Shown: positions 44,924-57,377, counted from the stretch's first letter. The stretch: DNA of 64,000 bases from Bdellovibrionales bacterium (GCA_965219095.1 CBDCMT010000001.1:1-64000); one strand, 5' to 3'. Notes: generated by a model not told the origin, from the sequence alone. Program-made: numbers and translations.

Positions 44924-46137
44924 TGTAATAGTCGCGACTTAATCTGACACGTCTCGAAATGTCAAAGAGATGAAAAGAGGTTACCCTTTTAAATAAACAA
45001 TACCACCCCAAAGGGTGGAGAAAGGATAACAAAAATGACATATCAAGAAAGAATTATAAAATCAAAAGTAGGTCTTTTGCAATTAGCAGAAGAGTTAGGC
45101 AATGTATCTCAAGCTTGTAAGGTGATGGGCTTTTCAAGAGATACATTTTATCGTTACAAGACACTCAAAGAGGAAGGAGGTTTAGAATCATTAAGAGAGC
45201 AAAGTCGTAGAAAGCCTAATTTAAAAAACAGAGTTGATCAAACGACAGAAGAGGCTTGTTTAAGGATCGCTATAGAACTTCCTGCCTATGGACAGTTGAG
45301 AGCGTCCAATGAGTTAAGGAAAAAAGGAATTTTTATTTCTCCTGCAGGAGTTAGAGGGGTCTGGCTGAGAAATAATTTAGAGACTTTCAAAAAGCGTTTG
45401 AAAGCTTTAGAAAAGAAGTCTGCAGAGGAAGGCTTGGTTTTCACAGAGGAGCAGTTACAAGCCCTAGAGAAGAAGAAACAAGAGGATTTAGAGTGCGGAG
45501 AGGTAGAGACAGCTCATCCTGGTTATTTAGGCTCACAGGACACTTTTTATGTGGGAACTATGAAAGGTGTAGGACGTCTTTATCAACAAACCTTTGTGGA
45601 CACTTACTCAAAAATTGCTTTCTGTAAGCTCTATAAAACGAAAACACCTATTACAGCAGCTGACCTTCTCAATGATAGAGTGTTTCCTTTTTTTGAAGAC
45701 CATGATGTGCCCCTGCTTCGTATGTTAACAGATAGGGGTACAGAGTTCTGTGGAGTTCAAGATCGTCACGATTATGAGCTTTATTTGGCTATCAATGATA
45801 TAGAGCACACAAAAACAAAGGCAAGACATCCTCAAACCAATGGCATCTGTGAAAGATTTCATAGAACAATTTTAGAGGAGTTTTATCAAGTGGAGTTTAG
45901 AAAAAAAGTGTACAAAAGCATAGAAGAGTTGCAGTCTAACCTTGACTTGTGGCTTGTGAAATATAATGAAAGGAGAACTCATCAGGGAAAAATGTGTTGT
46001 GGTCGAACACCTATGGAAACTTTCCTTGACGGAAAACAAAAAGTAAGGCAAAAGATGATTGAACAGAACGCAAACTGACAGACAGTTTTTTATCAACCCA
46101 GAAAGGGTAACTGTCAGATCATATAACGTCTATTACA
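44924..46137 (+). mobile_element. IS481, intact (transposase 45035-46078)
   Basis: 1214 bp, TGT..ACA; SQDTF, TDRGTEF, NGICERFHRT. Confidence 0.95.
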
Positions 46138-46310
46138 GTTAAAAGGAGAGTTTCATCTTGAGCATTCTCGCCATCGTAGCCCACAAAACTTTGTCATCAA
46201 TCTTTTAGGTACTCTCATCTCCTATTGTTTAAAACCTAAAAAACCCTCCATTCAACTTAAAACTCAAGAACAGGGGCCTCTGAGCAATATATAAAAGTCG
46301 AAACTCGGGT
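46138..46310 (+). mobile_element. IS982 3' fragment
   Basis: LKGEFHLEHSRHRSPQNFVINLLGTLISYCLKPKKPSI; end aactcgggt. Confidence 0.7.
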
Positions 46311-46519
46311 TAATAGGTATAATCCCAGTCAACATCTGGTTTGTTGTGGTGGTTCATACCCAATTCTAATTGGTCCCAATCATTATCAGAAAATCTTAAA
46401 ACTTTAGCATATTCATCAAGATTTTTTGATGTGAAATATTCACACTCAGTTTTTACATTATGATGATGTCCATATGAACCACAAAACGTATCAAACCATT
46501 TATTGTAAGGTTTAGTATA

Positions 46520-46589
46520 TAGTGCTTCCGTTTAGGTTTTCAGTTTTTTTCTCTAGAGAATCGACCGGAAAATCTAAGCGTATTCACTA
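46520..46589. mobile_element. 70-bp IS630-A mini-element
   Basis: tagtgcttccgtttaggtttt..gaaaatctaagcgtattcacta flanked by TA. Confidence 0.75.
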
Positions 46590-46750
46590 TATACTTGTCT
46601 TACCTTCAAATCCTGCATTTCCTTATTAGTGAGATCCCATGCAAGATGGTAACTTTGCCCTTCAGGATTAATTTTAATTTTGTCGAGATTGATACTGACT
46701 AGAGTTTTTTCTTCCACCTCAATAAATTGTCTTGTTTCACTATAAACTAA

Positions 46751-48267
46751 GCCTCCTCAAAAGAATCTGTGGGTTCCCGGAGGTTCTGGCAGTTTTCCAA
46801 GGTTATGATATAAGGCGATTTTTATAGCTTTAGAGGTTCTAAAGCCGTAAGATTTTCTCATAGTGAGTTTTACTTTGTTGTTTAAACCCTCTACAATCCC
46901 TGAGGAGAAGGCTTTTTTAGCCTTGAAGTAATTAAGAATAAGTAGCTTATGTCTTCGTATGGTTTTTGCTTCTCTTTTCATAGGTTCAATTTTTGAAAGC
47001 ATGACTCGTCTCGTCCAACTGTCTATAAATTTACCAGCCCAAGTTGGTGAAACATAGGTCCATAACTGTCGGAAGTCTTCTTTTAAAAAATAACAGCGGA
47101 TACTTTTTAAATTGTACTGTATTAAATGCCTTAATTTTACTTTTTCATAAGATTTTAAATTTTCTGCATTTTTTAACAAGGGCCATCTAGCTTTTGTTAA
47201 AAGGGGTTCATACCCGTCTTCTTTCATTTTTTTGTGTTCTGAAGCTCTCACTTCGTCTAAAGCCTTATTGAGTCTTGCTACGATATGAAACCGATCTAAT
47301 ATGTGTAAAGCTCCACTTGCCCTCTCCTTTATGACTTTTAAATAAGGCTTCCACATATCAGACACACAAACCGTATATCTTTTGACTTCTCTCCTAGTAA
47401 ATCAAAGAATTTTCTAAAACTCTTTTCTGTTCGTTTCTCTCCTATCCACAACAAGCGTACACGGGTTTTGCTTATTTCATAGACTAAGGTGAGATACTGA
47501 TGGTTCTTTTTCCATTGTATTTCATCTACACCTATAGCTTGTATTCCCTTTAAAACCCTTTGTTTTAAACCATATTCTACGACCCATTCTACCGAAGCAT
47601 AGACCTGATTCCAACTGACATGAAACTTACAAGAAACCTCTTTCCAAGACAGGTGACGACACCAGTCTGCTAAATACTTCATGTAAAAGATCGTTAAACT
47701 CTTCTTACCATCGGCCCAAGGTAAATACTCAACTTTTACCCCACAGCAAGGACAATTAACTCTTCTTACAAAATAAACAAAAAACACCCTGTAACTTAAA
47801 ATAGGAAGGGATTCAAAGTCCCGTGATGATTTACTGCTGTCATACACTGAACAGGGCTTCTTACAAACACTACAAAAAGCTTGGCCATTTTTACGAGCCT
47901 TAATAGGAACATTAATTGACTTTCTATCTTTTGAAAAATAAATGTCTCCGTATACAAAAGACTTCCATCTTAAACAATCATTTAGTATAGTCTTCAAAAG
48001 CATCTCTTCCCTCCTTTTTTTTTTTGAATAACATTTTAAGGCATCTGGGAAGTAGGTGCTTCTTTTTTAAAATTTTAATGTAACACAGCAAATAAAAGCA
48101 AATAAAATGAATGTTTTTGAGTTCAATCGCCAAAGGCGATAGAGGCCAGTAAGGGCCTCAAAGAACTCAAAAATACAAGATAGGATGTCTTACTCTTACT
48201 TTGATTAATATGAGCCTTTTTGGGGGATTTCTAGCTACTTTTCACCCACAGATTCCCGGGAGGAGCC
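46751..48267 (-). mobile_element. ISL3, full length with one frameshift
   Basis: 8-bp TSD taaactaa (46743-46750 / 48268-48275); ORFs 47338-48003 and 46757-47365 break at RFVC/SDMWKPY. Confidence 0.95.
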
Positions 48268-49161
48268 TAAACTAATAGATAAACTCCTGCTTCAAGAGAA
48301 ATTCCTTCGTTTAATTTTTGTTTTGTTAAGTTATGGCAACTATATTTTTCAGGAAGTTCAAGATTTCCTCCACAGGCGAAGATATCATAGTCAGAAGATT
48401 GACCGTCTCCTGGAGTTCCATTGACCTTTAATGTCCCTTTACTTTTAGGGGGAGATATACTGCTAATAATGAAGTTTTCATCATACATGATGGGTTTTCC
48501 CATGGAGTTTGTAAAAGTAAGCTCTGGCTTTCTTCTTCTACGATGTCTCCATAAGAAAGCCCTCCTAAAGACATCAAAAATAAAAATGTTAGTATTAATT
48601 TTTTCATAACGTAAAATCCCTCCTTTTCTAAGTTTTTTGTTATGTTGGTTTCTTAAGTCTTATTTTTTAAACTCAAATTATAAAATTAGAATCTGTTCGC
48701 TAAATTAAAAAACCTAGTAAAAACAAAAAGCTTTTTGTTTTTTAAAAGTATTTTTCTCTGAAAAGAGCCTTTTAAGTGGACCTTATTTTATGAATTAAGC
48801 TCTACTTAACTTTCATTTTAAGAATGATGTGATTTCAAGTAGTTGAGCAAAACCGTGATCACTACACTTTAACCGGTGAGTTATAGGATTTTAGGGGTTA
48901 AAATTGAATGGTTTTTTGGGTGACTTTATTTGTATTTTCTTGTTCTCTACAATCTGAACTAAGATAGAACCATTTTTTCTTGGATCTTTTTTACAAATAT
49001 ATTTATAAAAATTTTAAAATCATATGTAAAAATTACAATTCAAAATTTTTTAGTTGAATTTTTAACTCAGTCTGTTAACATTCATATAGTATTTAACAAT
49101 TATTAAAAAAACGGGTAAAAAACAGGGTTTTTGATCCTAAACAAAAAAAAGAGGAATAAAA

Positions 49162-49905
49162 ATGAAAAGTAAAATGATCATCATAATAAGTCTCAGTCTT
49201 TTCATATCATCTTTTGTTAAGGCTCAAAATTTATCCGATGAAATTCTCAATGCTATGGTAACCGATTATAGAGAGATAGAAGATAGAAGAAAAGTGACTG
49301 AAGATATTATTAATGACAACAATGTGGCTTCTATTATTGTAAGGAGCGAATCAGGGGAGTTTTGTGAGATTTCTTCCCATAAAGAAGATTATACCCCTGA
49401 TTTTTTGGATGTAGTTTCTTCAAAACAACCTTTATTTCATTTGAAAAAATGCGGAGTTGAAGAGTTAGAGATAGCAGAAATCACAGCTCAAACAGCTGGC
49501 TTACAAAATGGCCCCAGTGGAGTTCAAGTCGCTGTTGCCCCAGTACTCGCAGGAGCTGTTGTAGCAACAGGTTGTGGTCTTGGTATTTGGTCTGGGATTG
49601 AACTTTCAAAGGGGAGTACTTTCCGACGTTTCCGATCGACCCGGATATTTGGCGATTTTATGACAGTACTTGGAGGGACATTAATAACAGTTATGGGAAT
49701 GGGATTTGCAGCCACTGAAATTAGATTTAATAACCTCTTTTTTCCAACAAAAAAGTTCAAATTATTTAAACTTTCAAATTTTTTAAAGAATTCCCCCATT
49801 TCAGGTTTCTCAACCGCAGTCACCGGAGTAGGTACTGCTATACTTTGTGGAAATGTGGCATATATCCTTGGGACTGAAAAGAGGGTTAAAAGCAAAAGAA
49901 AGTAG
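49162..49905 (+). CDS. Secreted or membrane hypothetical protein with Gly-rich C-terminal hydrophobic helices
   Basis: gagga RBS, signal peptide, three hydrophobic segments. Confidence 0.65.
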   Translation: MKSKMIIIISLSLFISSFVKAQNLSDEILNAMVTDYREIEDRRKVTEDIINDNNVASIIVRSESGEFCEISSHKEDYTPDFLDVVSSKQPLFHLKKCGVEELEIAEITAQTAGLQNGPSGVQVAVAPVLAGAVVATGCGLGIWSGIELSKGSTFRRFRSTRIFGDFMTVLGGTLITVMGMGFAATEIRFNNLFFPTKKFKLFKLSNFLKNSPISGFSTAVTGVGTAILCGNVAYILGTEKRVKSKRK

Positions 49906-49955
49906 GATGAAGATGAACTCGATCTGTTCTCAAGACCATAAGATAAAGATAAGCT

Positions 49956-50651
49956 TTAAGCTTTCTCTTTAACATCCTTTTCGGCTATATCTTCAATGCT
50001 TTCACTTGTTGTTTCTACAAGTCGTTTTTGATAAGACTCAAGCCATTGTAAATCTTTTAGAGTCAATTTTTGTCCTTCTTCTAAAGCACTTAACAAACGG
50101 CTTGCTTTTTTCTCTTTCTTCTCCTTTTCAAAAAACTCTGTTGTTGTTTTAATCTCTTTGAGCGTTTCTGTCATATCTTCTAAATCTTTTTCTTGAGCAG
50201 AATAAGTTTTTAAAAACCCCTCTCTTTGAGCTTCAGACACATCAGATAAGGTTGTTTGCTTTGTCTCATCAGCTACATCTTCGGGGAACAATTCCTCAAT
50301 TTCAGAAAGAGAGGGAAGGTCTTTTAGAGACTTCAGGCCAAAAACTTCTAAAAATTTAGATGTTGTTTTATAGAGCATGGGTTTTCCTGGGAGATCACTT
50401 TTTCCATCAAAACAGAGAAGGTTTTTTTCCATAAGAGTTCTTATTAAATGACTGCAGTCAATCCCTCTCATCTCATCCACTTTAGCTTTAATGCAGGGTT
50501 GATAGTAAGCTATAAGAGATAAAACCTCTAAGGCAGGGCCTGATAATCTGAAAGGACGTGTTTTAATGGTTTTTTGCAAGAAAACTTTATTTTCCACTTT
50601 TGTGCGAATTTGAAAACCTCCTCCAAGTTCTTCTAATACAATACCTCTCCT
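49956..50651 (-). pseudogene. scpB: SMC-Scp complex subunit ScpB, 5'-truncated by IS1634
   Basis: RGIVLEELGGGFQIRT, LSGPALEVLSLIAYYQP, IRG-like MRGIDC, PGKPMLYKTTSKFLEVFGLKSLKDLP; frame runs into the IS at 50652. Confidence 0.85.
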
Positions 50652-52544
50652 CCTGAGTTTGCCCTTTCATTAAAAAAACACCTTCAGATCGAAAACAATG
50701 CAGTTTCATGTCTTTTTTCTTTAAGTTTATAATATGTCAGGTAATGTGCAATTATATAACTTGGAGAAAAAAGAGGGAGGGATTTTTTATGTTCATGGCT
50801 TGTCCTAAAAGAAAAGATGGAAATATTGTAGTTAGGCTGATTGTATCCTATAGAAAGGAGGGTAAACCTAAATCCAAAATAGTTAAAACTATCGGTCAAT
50901 CTAAAGATCCTAAAGCTGTAGAGCGGTATAAAAAGATAGCTAAAGAATTAATTGAAAAAGAAAAAAAGGGACTTGTTTCAATAGAGGGTGCTATTCGTAA
51001 TAAGATTACAGTAAATCTTTCAGATGTAGACAATGAAGAGCGTCGTAATAATGGCTTTAATGACATTCTAGGTTTTACTTACCAACAGTTGGGTTTTAAT
51101 GATCTCATCCAAGCAGGAAGAGATCCTAAAAAGCTCAATGCTATTTTAAAGAATCTAGTTTTGATGAGAGTTTTTGATCCATCAAGTAAATTAAAAAGTT
51201 CCTATTTACTTGAGGAGCATTTTGGTAAAAATATAACTCTCAAACAAATTTTAAATTTGATGGATCACATATCAGATCAGGAAGAAAACATTAGGGATAG
51301 AATTTCCCAAGTTATTCTTAATGGGGAAAAGAGCTTAGACATTGTCCTTTTTGATGTAACGACCTTGGCCTTTGAAAGTGTTGTCCCAACGGACTTATTA
51401 GATTTTGGTTACAGCAAAGATGGTAAACCTGGAGAGGTTCAAGTTGTTTTAGCTGTTTTATCGAATCAGAAGGGTTTGCCTATAAGTTATGAATTATTTG
51501 CTGGCAACACTTCAGAGTTTGAGACCTTTGAATCAATGATTAAGGGGGTTTCTAGGAAGTATAACCTTAGAAAGATAAGGGTTATAGCAGACCGAGGTTT
51601 GTTTTCCAATAATAATCTTGAAGCTTTAGAGGGGTTAAATTCAGAGGGAATCAAAGCTGAGTACATTGTTTCTTGTCCCTTAAAAAAACTTCCTAAATCT
51701 CTTAAGGACAGTATTTTGAATAAGAGTAATTACAAAGATGATGGTACAGAAGGCTCTAAAATCTTATACCATGAGGTTGAGTATAATAACCGACGAATTA
51801 TTATAAGTTACAGTGAGAAACGTGGGCGACATGATATAAAAAAAAGGGAACGTGCTGTAGAAAAGCTAAAGGAGTTAGAAAAAGATGGAAAGATTAAAAG
51901 TTCTAAGCTGATAAAAGGTGGAGGGAAAAATAAATATATACAAAAAGTTCGTGGGGACACAAAGATTGATTGGAAAAAAGTGGAGCAAGACGCCTTGTGG
52001 GATGGTCTATATGGAGTTTGTACAAATTTAAAATCAGAGTCTGTTCATGCCATTTGTGAGGCCCGCTACAATCTTTGGCGAATTGAAGAGCTGTTTCGGA
52101 TTAACAAACATAATTTAAAAATGCGACCCATATATCATAGAAAAACTCAAAGAATAAGATCACACATAGCTATTTGTTTTTTAGCTTATGTGGTTCTGAG
52201 AAGTACAGAAATAACTTTAAAAGAAGCAGGGGTGAATATTAGCTCCCAAGAGCTTATTGAGACTCTTAAGGATGTAGAGACTAATATTATTCGAAATAGA
52301 GTAAAAGTTCCCTCTAAAGCTTATGGCCTTCCTCGTAAGTTATCTGCAAAGGCTAAGAAAATTTATAAGCTCTTTGGAAAGGAGTTTCCTGAAAGAGCCT
52401 ATGAAATAACATAATTGTGAATGTTTATTGGAGAGCTTTTGGTATGTAGAAAAATGTAGTATGTCTTTTTCATTGGAACAGTGCATAAACCTAGTTATTT
52501 CAGGTACTTAAAGTAATAGCTAAATTTGAAAGGGCAAACTCAGG
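50652..52544 (+). mobile_element. IS1634-family IS (type B), intact transposase (likely 50789-52414)
   Basis: IR cctgagtttgccctttca / tgaaagggcaaactcagg; FDVTTL, GYSKDG, IADRG, LWRIEELFR, RPIYH; no TSD. Confidence 0.92.
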
Positions 52545-54583
52545 AGAGGGGTCTGGCTGAGAAATAATTTAGAGACTTTCAAAAAGCGTTTGAAAGCTTT
52601 AGAAAAGAAGTCTGCAGAGGAAGGCTTGGTTTTCACAGAGGAGCAGTTACAAGCCCTAGAGAAGAAGAAACAAGAGGATTTAGAGTGCGGAGAGGTAGAG
52701 ACAGCTCATCCTGGTTATTTAGGCTCACAGGACACTTTTTATGTGGGAACTATGAAAGGTGTAGGACGTCTTTATCAACAAACCTTTGTGGACACTTACT
52801 CAAAAATTGCTTTCTGTAAGCTCTATAAAACGAAAACTGAACTTCCCCTGTTTCTGCGGACAGTCAATTTTCTCTTAAAGTCTCCATAAAATGGAGGTAA
52901 AAGAAAGAATGGAAAAAGTAAAACAGTACTCGGAAGAGTTTAAAAAGCAAGCCATTGAATTGGCAGAGGAAATAGATGCAAAGGAAGCCTCAGAGAAGCT
53001 AGGACTGAGAAATTTCCAAGTGATAAGCTCTTGGAAGCGTTTTCTAAAGCCTGAAGTAGAAAGACAAGCTTCCCATGACTTGGCTTCGGCATTGGAGGAA
53101 ATAAAGAGGTTAAAAAAGGAGCTGGTCTATGAGAGGCGGAGTGTAGGTATATTGAAAGAGGCAGCGGCTTTTTTTTCAAAGGAAATCCTGAAATGAGATT
53201 TAAGGCTATGTTTTATGTAAAAGAGAAAGGGCATCCAGTGCTTCGCATCTGCGAATTATTAAGAGGATCTCGTTCTGGTTTTTATAGTTTTTTAAAAACC
53301 AGGGGAAAGCTTGAAAAGGATAAAAATCTGGAGAAAAACATAGAATCTATTTTTAAAAAAAATAAAGGCTGTTATGGTTCCCCCAGGGTGTATAGGGAAT
53401 TAAAGCGTTGCGGAGTGAGTGCTGGAGAAAACAAAGTAGCTCGAATTATGAAACTAAAGAATCTCAGTGCCCGTCAGAAAAAACCCTATGTTCCTAGAAC
53501 AACAAAGAATAACCCTCTCATGATTAAGTCTCCTCGGTTGTTTAAGACAGGACAGAGCCAAGCAGGAAAAGAAAACCAGGTATGGTGTTCGGATTTAACC
53601 TATATTCCTTTTAGAGATAAATTTCTGTATTTGGTTGTATTTTTAGATGTCTATAATCGAGAGATTAAGTCTTGGAAGCTCTGTGAGAGCTTGGACGGGG
53701 TTCATTCAAAACAGGCTCTGAGAGCCGCAGTCCAATCTGTTTCTGGGAACTTAGAGGGCTTGATAATCCACTCGGATCAAGGGGTTCAATATTGTTGTGA
53801 AGGGTTTAGAAAAGAATTGAAATTCTTTGGCCTCAAGCAATCTATGTCTAGGAAAGGAAATTGTTATGATAATGCGTTTGTGGAGAGCTTTTTCCATACG
53901 TTGAAGGATGAACTGGAATACAAAGACTGTACAACAAAGGAAGAGTTGGAAAAAAAAATTGCAATTTACATGGATTGGTATAACAAGGTAAGAATGCATT
54001 CTTCCTTGAAATACATGAGCCCAAAAGAATTTAAACAAAGGAGGGCTTTAAGAACATAAAAACTGTCCACTTTTTTGGGGGAAGATCAAACACCTATTAC
54101 AGCAGCTGACCTTCTCAATGATAGAGTGTTTCCTTTTTTTGAAGACCATGATGTGCCCCTGCTTCGTATGTTAACAGATAGGGGTACAGAGTTCTGTGGA
54201 GTTCAAGATCATCACGATTATGAGCTTTATTTGGCTATCAATGATATAGAGCACACAAAAACAAAGGCAAGACATCCTCAAACCAATGGCATCTGTGAAA
54301 GATTTCATAGAACAATTTTAGAGGAGTTTTATCAAGTGGAGTTTAGAAAAAAAGTGTACAAAAGCATAGAAGAGTTGCAGTCTGACCTTGACTTGTGGCT
54401 TGTGAAATATAATGAAAGGAGAACTCATCAGGGAAAAATGTGTTGTGGTCGAACACCTATGGAAACTTTCCTTGACGGAAAACAAAAAGTAAGGCAAAAG
54501 ATGATTGAACAGAACGAAAACTGACAGACAGTTTTTTATCAACCCAGAAAGGGTAACTGTCAGATCATATAACGTCTATTACA
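52545..54583 (+). mobile_element. IS481, 5'-truncated and interrupted by IS3
   Basis: Begins mid-transposase next to IS1634-B; right end tctattaca at 54583. Confidence 0.92.
52838..54088 (+). mobile_element. IS3-family IS, intact (orfA 52891-53196, orfB 53193-54059)
   Basis: TG..CA ends; 3-bp TSD aac; ATGA overlap between orfA and orfB. Confidence 0.95.
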
Positions 54584-55621
54584 CTTAAACTTCCCTTGAA
54601 ATCGTCATAGTTTTCATAATAGCGATTTGCTGTGACCTCTTTTTTCATAAACTTCCAAAGCCTTTCTATAGGATTTAAATTCGGTGAATACGGAGGAAGA
54701 TAAACAAGTTTTATATTCAACTCTTTCGCTAACTTCTTGACAGACTTCGATCTATTGTATCCGGCCCCATCTAAGATAAGATGAATCTCTTTTTCATCGG
54801 GATGCTTCTTGCGAAGATGATGGAGCATATCACATAGAAAAACTTCGTTAACTGTCTTATAACTCCTGACTACCGTCTTCAAACTATTGATCTCAATAGC
54901 TCCACAAACATTCACTCTTTTTCTCCAGCCTGAATTGGTCTTCACTTCAAACTTCTTACCCTCTCTTATCCAACCATATGAAATCGTAGGGCCCCACTCA
55001 GGATGTGTGGAATCAGCAAAGTAAACAGGACTGTCTTTCTTCTTAATTCTCTTGTATTTACGCACAAACTTTTTCTGCTCTTCTCTCTTTGCCTTACCTG
55101 GTATCGCTGTGGCTTTTTTATAAGAAAAACCAAGGCGATGGAGAAGATCAATTACACCACTTGTTAAAGTACGTAACACCAAAATTCTCCTCAATGAATT
55201 GGATGACAGACTGTGATGATGGAAAAATTCTTTTCTCTAATTCCTTTAAAAGCATTTTCTCCTCTTTCTTAGTTAAAAAGGACCTTTTAGGGTTGTAATT
55301 GTCGTTGATTAAACACTCTATCCCACCTTTGTTATAAGGATCTCTATAGGCTCTTATCGTGCCCTCATCAATGAAAAGAAAACGGGAAATATCTTTACAC
55401 AACTCACCTTTATCTAAATGGAGAATTGTCATAATCCTTTTTGCGTATTTAAGATTTTTCTCTAGAGATAGTTCATAGAGTAAATCTTTTCGCTCTTTTT
55501 TTGATAGAAACCCTGATATATGAAACTATTTTTAAAAATAAATGACTTTTTATCAAGGCCTTAGAACAAAAACTAGACCTCAACTCAAAAAAAAACGGAA
55601 AACCTAAGCGGAAGCACTATA

Positions 55622-55810
55622 TACTAATTGTATTTCAAAATCCACACACAGAGAGTGGGGTCTAGTTTTTGTTAAAATGTCTTGATAGCACAGAGTTCTA
55701 TGTAAACAATATCTTTTATGGGAACCTTGTTATCAAAAAAAGTGTAAGAGCTTTTATCAGCATGCTTCTTCCTAAAAAATTAATGTGTGGATTTTGAAGT
55801 GTAATCAGTA
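55622..55810. mobile_element. About 190-bp TA-flanked MITE
   Basis: tactaattgtatttcaaaatccacac ... gtgtggattttgaagtgtaatcagta imperfect IR; another end copy at 57096. Confidence 0.7.
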
Positions 55811-55814
55811 TAAT

Positions 55815-56942
55815 TTATCTAAGTTTCAGAAAATCAATTTCATATTCAATTTTCTCTGAATGAATCATTTTTTTAACTAAATCTCCAATCAATGGAATAA
55901 ATTTAAAAGCGTGACCTGAACCTCCGGTAGCAAGAACTACATTTTTAAATTCTGGATGAAAATCTATTAAAAAATTTTCATCTTTTGTTAGGGTATAAAA
56001 ACACATTTTCCAGTTTAATGGTTTTTTATGCACATGAGGCAGAAACCTATCAATGACTTGAGTGATGGGTTTTAGCTCTTTTTCTTTGTACTCATATTTT
56101 TTTTCTAAAGCTCCTTCAATCTGATCAGAGGGAGCATAGTTGGAAATCTTAAGGCCTGATTGATCGACATCAGGGAATCCATAAATAAACTCTCTGTTTT
56201 CTATAACAGCAAAGCAGGGCATTTTTTCCTTATAAGAATGTTTACTTGCAAACCAAAACTGAGGAGCACGTGTGATTTTAAATATCATAGGAAGAGGGGA
56301 TAATAAATCTGAACTCCAAGGCCCTGGTGATAGAACAAGATAATTCGCCCAATATTCACTCTTATCAGTTACAACATGGACCTCTGAGCCGTGGTTTTCC
56401 CACGAAGATACTCTCTCATTTGTTTTAAATATTGCACCTTTTTTACGAGCTAAAGATAAAAATGTTTCAATAGTTAGATCTGATCTTATAATACCTGCTT
56501 TTTTTTCAAATTGACCCATAAAGCCCATGGGCATTAGAAATTGGGGAAAACTGTTTTTAAGTTGCTTTCGGCTTAAGGTTTCATTTTCAATGTTATAAGA
56601 GTCTGCATAAGAAAAAATTGTCTCTGAAATTTGTTCTTTTTCGGGACTTAAAACTAAAAACCCTGTCTCCGTTAATAGATCTTGGTTGAAGTTTCTTTGG
56701 GTATTAAGTTTTTTCCAAAGCTCATAGGAGTGTTTTGCAAGAGGGATGTATCTTGGGTCTTCAAAGTAAGTTTGACGGAAAAGCCTTGTCTTTCCGCTTG
56801 AGCTTCCTTTCTGGTGTGGAGGAGAAAAGCGATCAATTCCAATGACATTTAATCCACTGAGAGTCAAATAATAACAAATAGCAGACCCCATTCCTCCATA
56901 ACCTACAACTATGACATCACTTTTTAAAATTTTTTTTGTCAT
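55815..56942 (-). CDS. Monomeric sarcosine oxidase / N-methyltryptophan oxidase-like flavoenzyme
   Basis: VVGYGGMGS, PPHQKGSSSGKTRLFR, CFYTLTKDENFLID (covalent-FAD Cys position), GSGHAFKF. Confidence 0.88.
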   Translation of the reverse strand: MTKKILKSDVIVVGYGGMGSAICYYLTLSGLNVIGIDRFSPPHQKGSSSGKTRLFRQTYFEDPRYIPLAKHSYELWKKLNTQRNFNQDLLTETGFLVLSPEKEQISETIFSYADSYNIENETLSRKQLKNSFPQFLMPMGFMGQFEKKAGIIRSDLTIETFLSLARKKGAIFKTNERVSSWENHGSEVHVVTDKSEYWANYLVLSPGPWSSDLLSPLPMIFKITRAPQFWFASKHSYKEKMPCFAVIENREFIYGFPDVDQSGLKISNYAPSDQIEGALEKKYEYKEKELKPITQVIDRFLPHVHKKPLNWKMCFYTLTKDENFLIDFHPEFKNVVLATGGSGHAFKFIPLIGDLVKKMIHSEKIEYEIDFLKLR

Positions 56943-57095
56943 CTACAACTCCTAATCTTTCTAAAACAAGGGGAGTACGATCATAAAATCTTTCATGAAT
57001 GATCAAAAATCAATCCGCCTTTCATTAAAATAACATCAATACCCCTAAAGTCTTTAAAAACTTTTCCTCTATAACAGATGTCTGTACTGTAAATA

Positions 57096-57308
57096 TACTA
57101 ACTGCACTTCAAAATCCACACATTAATTTTTTAGGAAGAATCATACACATGGAAGTTGTAGGTCAAGAGACTGCTCAATTCTTTCTTGATATGTCATTTT
57201 TGTTATCCTTTCTCCACCCTTTGGGGTGGTATTGTTTATTTAAAAGGGTAACCTCTTTTCATCTCTTTGACATTTCGAGACGTGTCAGATCAAGTCACAA
57301 CTATCACA
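57096..57308. mobile_element. MITE end plus diverged IS481 left-end fragment
   Basis: tactaactgcacttcaaaatccacac at 57096; 57179-57308 matches the IS481 left end in reverse. Confidence 0.75.
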
Positions 57309-57346
57309 GCTTATTACTAAAAGTGACTCCTCTCGGAAATCTGTGA

Positions 57347-57377
57347 GAGCCTGTAAATTTACAGGCTCTTTTTTTTT
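57347..57377. terminator. Palindromic hairpin with T tract downstream of MATE
   Basis: agagcctgtaaatttacaggctct followed by a T run on the + strand. Confidence 0.45.

Larger units (their letters stand above)
46311..48608 (-). pseudogene. Hypothetical gene interrupted by ISL3 and a 70-bp IS630 mini-element, ending at IS982
   Basis: Frame ..EAGVYLLV | YSETRQFIEV..KVRQVY | TKPYNKWFDTFC.. is restored when the inserts are removed. Confidence 0.7.
44815..55619 (-). mobile_element. IS630 type A split in two (44815-44923 and 54584-55619) by a 9.7-kb insert
   Basis: IRs at 44815 and 55619 with TA on both sides; the halves join at the duplicated cttaaac. Confidence 0.9.

Noticed and set aside
44835..45041. 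Small ORFs such as 44835-45041, 57149-57346, 3625-3849, 25825-26022
   Set aside because: Antisense or chimeric frames across IS ends
47338..47365. Programmed frameshift in the ISL3 transposase
   Set aside because: No slippery run; looks like a 1-bp deletion or sequencing error in the RFVCSDM codons
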